A stretch of 64,000 nucleotides of DNA from Octopus vulgaris (taxonomy: Eukaryota), in the NCBI GenBank assembly GCA_951406725.2, contig OX597823.1:29760001-29824000 (forward strand), in the 5' to 3' direction. Every line of letters begins with the position of its first letter. Within the stretch, counting starts at the first letter, position 1. Shown here one piece after another: positions 1-13,015 of the stretch. The notes under the pieces were generated by a model. It did not search any database. It was not told where the DNA came from and saw only the letters and a list, made by a program, of their open reading frames with translations. The position numbers and the translations under genes are program-made.

Positions 1-83
1 ATCATTATTCGCATATTTTAATATCCTCATGGATATTACTACGGAGATACAACCTCACAAGTACATTTATGTATTTATATATA

Positions 84-310
84 CTCTTTTACTCTTTTAC
101 TTGTTTCAGTCATTTGACTGCGGCCATGCTGGAGCACCGCCTTTAGTCGAGCAAATCGACCCCAGCGCTTATTCTTTGTAAGCCTAGTACTTATTATATC
201 GATCTCTCAGGCCGAACAGCTAATTTACGGTGACGTAAACACACCGGCATCCGTTGTCAAGCGATGTTGGGGGAGGGGGGCAAACACGGACACAGAAACA
301 TATACACACG
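84..310 (-). mobile_element. SINE family A, 3' half
   Basis: Reverse complement matches the 3' half of the full copy at 43873-44309 (ggcggtgctccagcatggccgcagtcaaatgactgaaacaagtaaaagagtaaaagag). Confidence 0.85.
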
Positions 311-356
311 GCGACTACACATTCTTTATTTTCTCTGCTTATTTCATTCTGTGTTC

Positions 357-392
357 CTTTCTGTGGAAGAGCACAGGCTCGAAATGTTAAAG
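357..392 (+). ncRNA. Degenerate minimal hammerhead-like motif in a short TA-flanked repeat
   Basis: cttt-CTGTGGA-a-gagc(acag)gctc-GAAA-tgtt-aaag; stems I and II intact, core deviates from CTGANGA. Confidence 0.45.
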
Positions 393-472
393 ACTTCCTG
401 AGCGTTATACTAATACATCTGTTTGTTGTCTACACCACCTGTCTTCGTCTTTTGATTTTTTTTGTAAATTCT

Positions 473-517
<45 letters not shown>

Positions 518-524
518 TATATAT

Positions 525-804
525 AATACAGTTTACATTTAAACACATAAGGAATACCCTCGTGGGATTCAACGCGCTAGAAAGAACAGCTAGGTTCTAT
601 AACCACAAAATTAGGGATAAAATCCCGACAGAAACGAAATGAAAAAATAAAAACATTTACCATCTAGACGGTAAAAGTTTTTATTTTTTCATTTCGTTTC
701 TGTCGGGATTTTATTCCTAATTTTGTGGTTATAGAACCTAGCTGTTCTTTCTAGCGTGTTGAATCCCACGAGTGGATTCTTTGTGTTTAAATGTACACTG
801 TATT
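525..804. repeat. ~280-bp near-perfect palindrome (foldback element)
   Basis: Arms are reverse complements (ctagaaagaacagctaggttctataaccacaaaattagg vs cctaattttgtggttatagaacctagctgttctttctag), centred on tctaga with essentially no spacer. Confidence 0.9.
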
Positions 805-839
805 TTATGAGTAATACATAGTCTTTGGACTAAATATAC

Positions 840-1032
840 GACAACCAATGTTGGCGTGTTTATGTCTCTGCAACTTAGCGGTTCGCCTCAAAGAGATCGA
901 TAGAATGAGTAATAGGCTAACAAAGACTGAGTTCTGGCATCGAATTGCTCGACTAAAACCCCGTAAGGTGGTGTTCCAACATTGCCGCAACCAAATGGCT
1001 GAAACAAATAGAAGAATAAAAGAATAAAAGAA
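840..1032 (+). mobile_element. SINE family A, 3' half
   Basis: gacaaccaatgttggcgtgtttatgtc...cttagcggttcg...gaaacaaatagaagaataaaagaataaaag, similar to the 3' half of family A. Confidence 0.75.
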
Positions 1033-1869
1033 TATATACACACACACACACACACACACATGTATGTATGGGTACAGGACGTCACCAACAGTAAACAACA
1101 TGAAATACGAAAACAAATGAGTTCAATACGCAAACAACGAGAGAAGCAAATGGAAACCGAGACAAATAATGTAAAGAACGACCCTTCGTCAGTTGTCGGA
1201 TATACATAAATAAACACACATACATACGAACGTTCGCACATACATATATACATGCGTACATACATAGATACACACATACGCGCGTGTTTGCATATGCAGA
1301 CCTTTTTCTCTATATTGGTCATATTATATTTGATGTACTCACCATGTAATTACTTCAGCTTGTCATGTGTTTATGTATGTGTGACTATTCGTGTATGTGT
1401 CTGTGCGCGCGCGCGCGTGCAATTATTTCAGTTATGGTAAATTCCAGCTGTTTCCGTTTTGAAGCACATCTGTTTATTCCAATATTACAATTAATATGTA
1501 TCCATATCTAGAGCTCTGTGTGAGTCAAAAAACATACCGAAATTGAGAGTTACGGGAAAAAACTATTTGCAATAGGAAAATAGAATTACCATTTATTCTC
1601 CATGACATGCGTTTCCTTCTTTACATGTCTATATAATATGTAAATCTTTGTGAGTCCTATTAGCAAATGGAACACGTGTAATGGTGACTAAATAGCACCA
1701 AACAGATTCCCATTTTCCTACTTTATTATGTGTGTGTAAGTGCCTGTGTATGTGTATGTACGTGGATGTGTGTATGCATACATAACATGCATACAAACAT
1801 ACATACCTACCTACCTACATGCATACATACATACATACATACATACATACATACATACATACACACACG

Positions 1870-1902
<33 letters not shown>

Positions 1903-1914
1903 GTGTGTGCGTGT

Positions 1915-2205
1915 GTGTGTGGTAAGAAACTTGCTTCCCAACCACATAGTTCTGGGTTCAGTCCCACTGCGTGGTACCTTCGTAAAGTGTCTTCTGCTAT
2001 AGCCTTGGGCCGGCCAAAGTCCTGTGAGTGGATTTGGTTCAAGTAAACTGAAAGAAGCCCGTCGTGTATATATATATATATATATATATATGACAATTAT
2101 TCGGTACTAGGCTTACAAAGAATAAGTCTTAGGGTCGCTTTGTTCGATTAAAAGGTGCTCCCACATGGCCGCAGTCAAATGACAGAAACAAAGAGAAGAA
2201 TAAAA
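1915..2205 (+). mobile_element. SINE family A, internally deleted
   Basis: gtgtggtaagaaacttgcttcccaaccacatagttctgggttcagtcccactgcgtgg...gaaagaagcccgtcg(TA)n, then the 3' end. Confidence 0.8.
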
Positions 2206-2471
2206 GACTATATAGGTTGGTTCCTCTCGAATTCTTGGTAAACTCTTAAATATGTCTCCTTCTGTGTGTATATATATATATATATATATACTACCAAACA
2301 AACATGATTTTTATTGAACTCCTAATACTTTTTGTTGAATACATTTTAAATACTTTCTTGTAAATTGTTTTTAACATTTTATTATTATTATCAAAGAATG
2401 TATATATGTATTTTAATACTTTTGTGATAACCAGTATTTAACACAACAAAGAATATACAAAGCTTTACATT

Positions 2472-2517
2472 TTACTTTTGACAATCTTTTCCTAAAAAAG
2501 TGAAACCGGTTAAGTGA
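2472..2517 (+). ncRNA. Minimal type-I hammerhead ribozyme, U3-A8 core variant
   Basis: ttactt-TTGACAA-tcttttcctaaaaaagt-GAAA-ccgg-TT-aagtga; lies in a ~270-bp (TA)n-flanked repeat (2290-2557) with a second copy near 50.8 kb. Confidence 0.65.
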
Positions 2518-3402
2518 ATAAACATCTTTAAAATTGCATTTTCAAACCTTCTTTCATATATATATATTGTTGGTGGTCTATTAAGAGAGTTTCTTTATAT
2601 TATGACGAACTGTAGAACATATCACATGTATATTACGATGATTGTAAATAATACATCTTGCCAGGGAACCTTGGCTATTCTCGAGCACACCGTTTATAAC
2701 TGCACAAGCGTTAGTCGTTATAAAATACACTGGAAGGAGCAATTTACGTATTTAGCACTTCTCTAGATCGAATATTAAATTATTGCTGTGCTATAATATA
2801 CCGTCGTACATATCTGCAGGTTTATTGATTTGTTAGTCAGCAGCACTATACGATACGATAAATCTAATATATATATATATATCCATTTTATTTATACATG
2901 ATAGGAGCTACATTTTAAATCAATCTTCCTGTGGTCTGATATGAGAGAGCATTGCTTGCTAACAGATCGACTGGCTTTGTAGTTGCTCTTTTAGGTGTCG
3001 TTCTAATTTGGCCCCCAAGTTACCACTGATTTAGAATGCGTTCCAGCCGTGATCGTCCCGTCAGTTTATATATCAAGTGTTACCAGTCTCGAGAAACTGA
3101 GCTCCATTTAACCGGAGGGCGGAGTTATGGCAAATTTGGTAATTACAGTTGCAAACCTTTAAAGGTACTGAGAATATATATATAAAACATTTCAGAAATT
3201 CCGATGTTAGAAGTGCATATACACATGTATAGGCATGCAAGAATATGTAAGACTATACTGATATAATCAAAACATACGGATCCAAACATGCAATGATTTG
3301 ATATCCATTTCTTACTGGTATAAATATATCTAGGCGAGCACATGAACATGGACATACGAGGTTATATGCATACATTCGTACACAAATATATGTATGTATG
3401 TA

Positions 3403-3585
<183 letters not shown>

Positions 3586-4622
3586 ATATATACATATATA
3601 TACACATATACACACACACATATATATGCACTTATATATATATATGCAAGGATGCTTAGATGCGTGAATACACGTGTGAGTACACGTATAACTTACCCCA
3701 TTGTTATTGTCTAAGTGCCAAAGAAAGAGACTTCGCTCTGGGTCTTTTTCTATTAGTGAGAAATTCGAAAAATGAAACCAGAACATGCACACACATACAT
3801 ACATACATACATACCAATATATAAGCACATATCCAGATATTGACATTAAGCTGTCTTAAATGATTATATATTAAGATTCCTTACTTGACATTTATACATT
3901 CTCTAGTTGATTACTACAAAATCTTTTGCAAAATATTTTCGCCGAAGAAAATTCTGCTTCACTTTATTTTGAGGCATGTTTTCTGTTTTAATCTCACAAA
4001 AGCACGTTCTTATTGATATAAGAATGCTATCTACGAGCATGAAGTCTATCAGGTTAGTCCGGAAAGGATGGCCATTCTTTTTTTTAAATCGAAGCCTAGT
4101 CCTTAAAAATTCGTCTATTAAATAAAGTTCTAAAAGAAAAGTTTTAAAATCTCACATTTGAACCATTCCTGTCTCTCTCCCCCTTTCAGCTGTCACTTCT
4201 GCTAGGCCGTTATTCATTCTATGATCATTTAAGATCCCCACACTAACATACACTCATATTGTCCTGCTACTTCCCTCCTTTGTTTTCACTCTTCTCTAAC
4301 AAAGACCACTTTCATCCATCTTTCACACTCCCGTCAGCCATTTTCCTTCCATCCTGCAGCATATAACAGCGTTTTGCTATTCATCTCTTTTATATAGGTT
4401 ATTTCACGTTTCGGATTGTATTATCTTTTCGGAAGCATCCTGGACTTTTCTTCTCATCTTGGAATTCAACAGTCTTAGATTTTTTGCACTCATATTCTAA
4501 TTATATTATCTCGAACATTTATAAAAATCCCTTCTTTGAATCAATGATGCAATACACATAATATTTAACAGATACAAGCGTAATATGCATTTTCTATAAA
4601 TATCAATAAATGAACCGAGACA

Positions 4623-5021
4623 TCTTTATATATAAAAGTAAGGTTGTGCGTCTGTCTCCTACGATTTAGATTCCTAACTACTCCCACATTTTGCGGTGCA
4701 GTTTAACCAAAACTGGGTATCTTATAGTCGTGATTCATATCGAGCCCTTCTGGGTATTAGCGCGCGTCTACGATGAGTCTACGATTTAAAAAAAAATTTA
4801 CCATAATTTGTTTTCCATTTTAATGCATTTTTTCGCTATTATATAAGGGAAATAACTCTCTAAAAATGTCTACGATGAGTCAACGATTTAAAAAAAAATT
4901 TACCATCATTTTTTTTCCATTTTTAATGCATTTTTTTGCTATTATTTGGCTATAACTCTCTAAAAATGCTTATATAGTTATTTCCCTTACAAACCCGAGC
5001 AACGCCGGGCGATACTGCTAG
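4623..5021 (+). mobile_element. Non-autonomous Helitron, family H1
   Basis: A|TC 5' end, 3' hairpin cccgagcaacgccggg then CTAG|T, no TSD; further copies at 26935-27329 and 48279-48672. Confidence 0.85.
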
Positions 5022-5715
5022 TATATTCTAAGATTTTTTATATGTTCTATTGTAATATAAAATACAGATTATTTCTTATCTTATTTTCGTTTTTACCTCT
5101 TTTAGAAGAAATACTGCATTATACATAATTGTATACATACTTAGGACATTTAACGGATATATATATAAGACGTGCTTCTACCTATCTCTTATCAAAGTTC
5201 GATTTTCCAGCGTTCACCGCTTCATATCGTCTTGGCTTAACAACCCTCGCCGTTTGTTTTTACTGTTTTGTTCTCCGCAAAAATCCAAAATTCTATTTAA
5301 TTTGCTTTGCGGGAAGGACTGTTTTAACGAAGTTGCGTCTTGTCCCTACCTTTCAAACGCGGAGTAGATAAAACAGGGGACAACTGATGAAGGGGATGTT
5401 CTTTATGTTGCCCGTCTCTTAACATTTGATTTAACCCAAATGTTTTGAATTATGCATGTCCAAGGGGCCAGAATCGAAACTTATGTAGGTTTTTTGAGTT
5501 TTCTATTGTGTCTTTTTTAAATATATTTGTATTTATATCTTAAAAACAAACTATGATGCAAATAGCTTATCTATACATCCTTATATTATTTTCTTATATT
5601 ATTAATTTTAACTATTATAATAATCCATGAAGCATCGTAGGAATTTTCTTCTAACGTGAATAAGATTAACCCAGTGAAATATTGGATATCCTAATGAGGA
5701 TAAGCTTGAACTGAT

Positions 5716-5779
<64 letters not shown>

Positions 5780-5789
5780 CACACACACA

Positions 5790-6633
5790 TAAAGAGTGCA
5801 GTGAATAAATTGTCGTCTAAATTACGTACGCAAAAATGAAAATAATACTGACTCTCATTTTAGCAGATATATTTACAAAAAATACATTAAAATATCTTGA
5901 AATACTAAAAAGTCAATTTATTCATTAAAATCGCCATTGGCTTCAACCACGGCCTGCAGACAACTTCGGAATCTCCTGAGACACTTCTCGACGGTCTTCT
6001 TGTTTAAGTTGGTGAATGTTGCCATAATCCTTGCCTTCAGTTCATTTTGGTGTTACAAGGAGTTTTGTTGTTCTCTCGCTCGACTGCGCCCCATACATAA
6101 TAATCATGGGGGTTGCAGTCAGGGTAGTTAGGAGTGGTGTGGTTGCAGAAATTGTCGGACAGACATGACTGGGTTCTCCTGCTCGTACGATATGGTGCAG
6201 AGTCCTGTTACCAGATATAGGGTCTTCCAGCAGCCACCCTCTTGACCAAGGGCAGCACTACCTCCTCCAGGCACTTGATGTAGGCCTCCGTGTAGAGTGT
6301 AAGGTCTTGTGGGAAGGTGAATGGAGGCATAACGTCACCATCTCTAGTGATCACTCCAAACACCATGATGCTGACTGGATGTTTGATTTTATCACTCTCG
6401 GTATATGTCCTCAGAATGACACCCAAACACTCTGAAAGGTTCACATTGGAGCGTTCGGGTCGAATACCAAGCAGTACAGAATGTCGTTTGTAAATTTCTG
6501 GATGAGTGAATTGCGTCATGGTGCTGTTTATCTTAGAGACCCTACTATATTGTGTAGTTGACAAAATCAAAAAGAAACAATGTGCATGCGCGAAATTATA
6601 AAATGGTAACAATTTCCCCATCGCATCCTGTGT
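5790..6633 (-). mobile_element. Decayed Tc1/mariner-superfamily transposon (transposase pseudogene, DDxD/maT-like)
   Basis: Minus-strand translation [17 protein letters not shown]...[11 protein letters not shown]...YIW*QDSAP...PNYPDCNPHDYYVWG resembles the QQDxAP and WPPxSPDLNPLDY motifs; contains stops and deletions; weakly similar TA-flanked termini. Confidence 0.8.
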
Positions 6634-6786
6634 ATTTATATAAATATTTATACACATACATATATAGCTAATGTTCCTTACAAGTTGTTTGGATTCTCCA
6701 AAGTACAAAATGTAGCCGATACATTTATAATCTGAAGTGTATCTGGATCGTTGCCCCCACCACGTTCCTTCCCTCCTCCCACTCAC

Positions 6787-7300
<514 letters not shown>

Positions 7301-8349
7301 CATATCTATCTATGAATTATTCTGCCTGTTTGTTAAAAGCTTAAAATGTCTCGAAGTCACCGCCATAAAACATATGCTTATCACAACAAGGCCAGATAGG
7401 CTGGAAATTGAAATATTTCTCTTGACAAGCTTTAATCTATCTTCTTATTCACATTTATAAAAAAAAACAGCACGGAACTTAATAATAGTTATCATGCTAG
7501 AAAAAGGTGTCAAATTCCCCTCACTTCACACCATTTATTTATTTATTTATCTTTGTCCGGAGCCTTGTGACTCACAGAGATGTTGCCCAGTTTCCACAAC
7601 GTAAAGTGACCGGGATTACATTCCCCTTGCAATGGACTCCAGCCTATGGTATGGTTGAACGACTAGTTTTGACACGTGGAAGCAAGTTGATTACATTAAC
7701 CTGAGTACTTGGTTGATACCTTAAGTTATCAATCCGGAAAAGTTAAAAGTCTGAACGGTAAAGCTGACTTCGGTGGGATTTGAACTCAGAGCGCAAAGAC
7801 CGAGAAGAAATTCTGTTAAGCATTTTGACCGACGCGTTAACAATTACGCCAGCTCGCCGCTTCCCATCTTACTTTCTTTTTTTTGTTTGTTTTGCGGTTC
7901 TTGAGTCCTAGAACTAACTCTTAAGACCATTTACCTGATTTCCGTGGCGGTATAAGTGACTGATATCACATTTCTCCCCAAACGGAACTCCGGTCCACTG
8001 TAGGATTCAATGTTAGTAGTTTTCAGAGAGAAGCCATTTCCATCGACTTCCAGTCTTCAACTGGTACTTTGCTTTACCGACCCCGAAGTGATTGAAAGCA
8101 AAGTTGTCTTGGGCAATTTTTTTTTTTAAACTCAAAACGTAAAGAGTCCGAAGAAATGTCGCTAAGCATTTTCGACCATTCTGCTGGTCACTGCCTTCCC
8201 TGGGAAATGTATTTAATCATGCTGAAATATGTTTGACTATAAATAACTCACCTTATCATTCATTCGGAGCCCCCCCCACCTCCACCACCACCACCACCAC
8301 CTCACACGCACACACAGAGTCAAAATCAATGGTTTGGTTTGACTGTAGT

Positions 8350-8627
8350 GGATGGTGGAAGCACTCCGTCGGTTACGACGATGAGGGTTCCGGTTGATCC
8401 GAATCAACGGAACAGCCTGCTCGTGAAATTAACGAGTAAGTGGCTGAGCACTCCACAGACACGTGTACCCTTAACGTAGTTCTCGGGGATATTCAGCGTG
8501 ACACAGAGAGTGACAAGGCCGCCCTTTGAAATACAGGTACAACAGAAACAGGAAGTAAGAGTGAGAGAAAGTTGTGGTGAAAGAGTACAGCAGGGATCAC
8601 CACCATCCCCTGCCGGAGCCTCGTGGA
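8350..8627 (-). mobile_element. SINE family B, 5'-truncated
   Basis: Matches the 3' ~275 bp of 12628-13015; 12-bp TSD tttgactgtagt at 8338-8349 and 8628-8639. Confidence 0.92.
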
Positions 8628-9023
8628 TTTGACTGTAGTAGCGTGGGAACGAATACCTTGCAGTATTTGTTCCTTTATTTTTGTTTTTGTTTCTTTTCTT
8701 GCATTCTCTGTTCACACCCCCCCCACCACCACAACGGCTATCTTAGATGCTAAACTCAAGCTGTCGCCCGGTATAACACCACTATCTGGTGCCTCGGGTA
8801 ACCTTCACTGGAATTCTAGTTGTTACAAGCATTGAGACCAGGTCTTTAGTTTAATGACACCTTCCTCCGTTTCACATTATTCTCGATGGTCTAGTAAAGG
8901 TCCACAGGGACTGCCTTTCCTATTGAATAAAAAAGACTTCTAAACAACTGGTCCTGGTTTCTATATATCTGTTCATTAGTTTGTTCGATGATGACTGAAT
9001 TTAAGATGTATTAATAATAACTA

Positions 9024-9255
9024 TTTCTTTATTACCCACAAGGGGCTAAACACAGAGGGGACAAACAAGGACAGACATAGGTATTAAGTCGATTACATCG
9101 ACTCCAGTGCGTAACTGGTACTTAATTTATCGACCCCGAAAGGATGAAAGGCAAAGTCGACCTCGGCGGAATTTGAACTCACAACGTAACGCAGACGAAA
9201 TACCGCTAAGCATTTCGCCCGGCGTGCTAACGTTTCTGCCAGCTCGCCGCCTTAA
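9024..9255 (-). mobile_element. SINE family C (tRNA-derived, Meta-like central domain), monomer
   Basis: Head ggcggcgagctggcagaaacgttagc...gttcaaattcc, core gactttgcctttcatcctttcggggtcgataaattaagtaccag; 16-bp TSD gtattaataataacta. Confidence 0.9.
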
Positions 9256-9415
9256 GTATTAATAATAACTACTGCATCTACTAATAGTACAAATTGAACG
9301 ATGAAAGGAAAAGGGTGACCTCCTTATCGGCAGGATTTGAAGGCACAGAATGGAAATCAATACCATAAGACATTTTCTCCGACTCTGTTAATTTTCCGTC
9401 GCAATATATACTCGA

Positions 9416-10224
9416 GGCTGTGTGGTAAGAAGCTTGTTTCCCAATCACATGGTTCCGGGTTCAGTTCCAGTGCGTGGCACCTTGGGCAAGTGTCTTCTAC
9501 TATATGTTTCTTTATTGCCCACGGTGGAGGGGGGGGGTTAAACGTAGAGGGGACAAACAAGGACAGACGAACGGATTAAGTCGATTACATTGACTCTAGT
9601 GCGTAACTGGTACTTATTTAATCGACCCCGAAAGGATGAAGGTCAAAGTCTACCTCGGTGGAATTTGAACTCAGAACGTAGCGGCAGACGAAATACCCAT
9701 TTCTTTACTACCCACAAGGGGCTAAACACAGAGAGGACAAACAAGTACAGACAAACGGATTAAGTCGATCATATCAACACCCCAGTGCGTAACTGGTACT
9801 TATTTAATCGACCCCGAAAGGATGAAAGGCAAAGTCGACCTCGGCGGAATTTGAACTCAGAACGTAACGGCAGACGAAATACGGCTACGTATTTCGCTCG
9901 GCGTGCTAACCTTTCTACTTCTGTAGCCTCGGGCCGACCAAAGCCTTGCGAAAGGATTTGGCGGACGCAAACAGAAAGAAGCCCGTCGTGTGTGTGTGTG
10001 TGTGTTTGTGTGTCTGGGGTACAAACTCAGACACAAATATATACATATATATACATATATACGACGGGCGTCTTTCAATTTCTGTCTCCCAAATCCACCC
10101 ACAAGGCTTTGGTCGGTCCGTAACTATAGTAGAAGAGACTTGCCCAGGATGCCACAAAGTGGGACTGAACCCGGAACTATGTGGTTGGGAAGCAAACTTC
10201 GTACCACACAGCCACGCCTGCGCC
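9416..10224. mobile_element. Nested SINE cluster: A(+) head interrupted by a C dimer (-, ~9506-9912), A resumes ~9914-10020, then A 5' half (-, 10058-10224)
   Basis: Segment-by-segment similarity to full A and C copies elsewhere in the window. Confidence 0.8.
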
Positions 10225-11080
10225 TATTTATATCATAGAATCTTCATGACTTGATGGTTTTACTGACCGTTAATTTACAAATGTATTTGTTCTCTTTAAA
10301 ATAATATCAATCCAAAGTGCGTGACATAATCTGTGATTTAATTCATTGGAGGAAATGCCTTGAGGTATTTGTTTTGATCCTTTGCGTTCAGAGTTCAAAT
10401 CCTGCTGTGAGGTCCAGTTTGTCTTTTATCCCTTCAGGGCCGATAAAAGAAGGACACCAGTACATTGGCAGAATTGAAGCGTCAGGAGAGATGTATCTGA
10501 GTTCTGAAAACGTGATTATATTGATACTTTCAACAAGGGAGACAATTTCAAACAGGCTTTTGCCTCATAAGAGTTCATCAAAACATAGACTTCGCTGCAC
10601 ATGTTGAAATAGTAAATAAATAATTAGAAATGCAAGAATGTACATGTGTACCTGTAGAAAATTATAAACACTCAGGGAATAAACTAGAGGAAAAAAAAAA
10701 GAACATTCGAAGCATTCTATGTATTTAATGGTTGGTTAATGTTGATTACCAGATTAAGAAAAAATAAACGGGGGGGGGGATAAGAAAGCTGTCGAACCCC
10801 CCTCCATCGTTAATATGGCAGACAGTTTTTAGATATTTTTCTCTTCTAGATTAATTTTGTTTTAAGAGATTAGTTTTTACATTTTCATCATTCGTTCTGC
10901 AGATCAGTTTATATTTACTTATGTCGTCTGTATTTAATAATAATCGATGTAAACATTGGCTGGCAGGCTGGCTGGATGGTTGCTTTACATCGCATAGAGA
11001 AGAGTAAAAGAGAGATGGATATAGAGTTAAAATACCAGGTTCAAATCTCATACTAGGCTTCGTGAGAAGTTATATATATA

Positions 11081-11284
11081 GTTAATCCAAACAAGAAAAC
11101 ACAAAAAAAAACACAGCAACGCGAGGACGTGGAACAAATAAAGTATTATTGGACGCTCAGGAAAGAAGGGAAGGAGGGTTTAACGTTTCGAGCGGAGCTC
11201 GTCGTCGGAAACAAAGGAGAAGGAAAGATCCCGAGAAGGGAAGACAGAGGGAAAAAAATTGCTGGCGGTGCTCACGAGGTCACA
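11081..11284 (-). mobile_element. ~205-bp TA-flanked repeat carrying an HHR (PLE pLTR-like)
   Basis: Near-identical copy at 18590-18803; contains the HHR at 11178-11212. Confidence 0.75.
11178..11212 (-). ncRNA. Minimal type-I hammerhead, CCGACGA core
   Basis: gttt-CCGACGA-c-gagc(tcc)gctc-GAAA-cg-TT-aaac on the minus strand. Confidence 0.7.
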
Positions 11285-11286
11285 TG

Positions 11287-11344
<58 letters not shown>

Positions 11345-11460
11345 AGAAACGTATGTAATATAATTTTTCTGAATGTTCAGATTTTTCAGTATTCTTAGAC
11401 CATTGGTTTTAAATTGGAATTAATCAAATTAATATTCAATTTTCACCCTTATTATTTTAA

Positions 11461-11601
<141 letters not shown>

Positions 11602-11850
11602 AATATCGGTGTGAAATAAATATCGTTAAATCTTAATAATTCCGATTAAAATATATCTTTATAAAAATTTAATTTTCATTGCCCGTTTAGAAATCTTCAA
11701 CGTGGCTCTCATTTCATTTCGATAATTTGATCGAAGGTATATTCACTGCTATGTGTACTTTTTGTCTACTCACGTTTCCTCGAAACAGCAATAAAGCTTT
11801 TTTGTTTGTGTTTTTTTTGAAAAGTTTTTTCGATTTCTTTTGTCATAATA

Positions 11851-12023
11851 CAGTTTTATATTTAAGAGACGGGGAATGATGTACTTTATTTACATTCGAC
11901 GGATATTTGTCCTCATCTTGTTTGTTGTCAACACAAAGTTTCGACTGATACACCCTCCAGCCTTCATCAGGTGTCTTGGGGGAAATTTCGAACGTGGGTT
12001 CTCATTCCTAAGGTAATTTTCGA

Positions 12024-12078
<55 letters not shown>

Positions 12079-12292
12079 TTATGTTTGACCTTTGCTCTGC
12101 GTTTGTACAAGTTAGCTCCAAGTCTCACCCAGAGACCTCAAGGGACAACAAGCTAGAAGTTTATGTTGGTGTTATGCTTAGAGTGCCATATATTTGGTTT
12201 TGTACATAGTGTTGTTCTAGAGAATGTTTAAGAAACCATAAGAAAATTATGTTTGTTTTAAAATTTGAGATTACATTGTCAGTTCCCATGAG

Positions 12293-12323
<31 letters not shown>

Positions 12324-12442
12324 GTTATTATTATTATTATTATTATCATTATTATTATTATTTATTCAAGTCACTGCCTGGTAACGAACTCGTAATCTTG
12401 GGGTTAGTAGCCTGCGCTCTTAACCACTACGCCATATGCCCG
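11851..12442 (-). mobile_element. tRNA-head/(AAT)n/hammerhead-tail SINE-like element, with a Dong-like 3' fragment inserted at ~12075-12295
   Basis: Minus strand: A box TGGCGTAGTGG, B-box-like GTTCGTTACC, (AAT)n, tail with HHR; same head and tail as 62525-62890. Confidence 0.75.
11930..11975 (-). ncRNA. Minimal type-I hammerhead ribozyme
   Basis: gacac-CTGATGA-a-ggctg(gagggtgtat)cagtc-GAAA-ct-TT-gtgtt; sister copies read GAAACGTT. Confidence 0.75.
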
Positions 12443-12627
12443 TATCATATTATTGTTGAGGAGATTTGGCTAGACTTTCTAGCAGATCGAGTAACCATAT
12501 TGCGGTTCCATCATGTATATTTTACAGAAAATCGAAGTCATTTTATATAAATACAAATCCATGCAATTAAATGGTACCTCGATGCTGGTGAACTTTCAAT
12601 TTCTGGATAGATATACATCACCATTCA

Positions 12628-13015
12628 GTGGAGGCGCAATGGCCCAGTGGTTAGGGCAGCGGACTCGCGGTCATAGGATCGCGGTTTCGATTCCCAGACC
12701 GGGCGTTGTGAGTGTTAATTGAGCGAAAACACCTAAAGCTCCACGAGGCTCCGGCAGGGGATGGTGGTGATCCCTGCTGTACTCTTTCACCACAACTTTC
12801 TCTCACTCTTACTTCCTGTTTCTGTTGTACCTGTATTTCAAAGGGCCGGCCTTGTCACTCTCTGTGTCACGCTGAATATCCCCGAGAACTACGTTAAGGG
12901 TACACGTGTCTGTGGAGTGCTCAGCCACTTACACGTTAATTTCACGAGCGGGCTGTTCCGTTGATTCGGATCAACCGGAACCCTCGTCGTCGTAACCGAC
13001 GGAGTGCTTGCACAC
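12628..13015 (+). mobile_element. SINE family B, full length (tRNA-derived)
   Basis: A box tggcccagtgg, B box gtttcgattccc; 13-bp TSD acatcaccattca; near-identical copies at 31395 and 53955. Confidence 0.95.

Noticed and set aside
12628-12705. tRNA-like sequences (also 31395, 53955, 43873, 62525)
   Set aside because: They are heads of multi-copy SINEs continuing into SINE bodies; the acceptor stems do not close properly.
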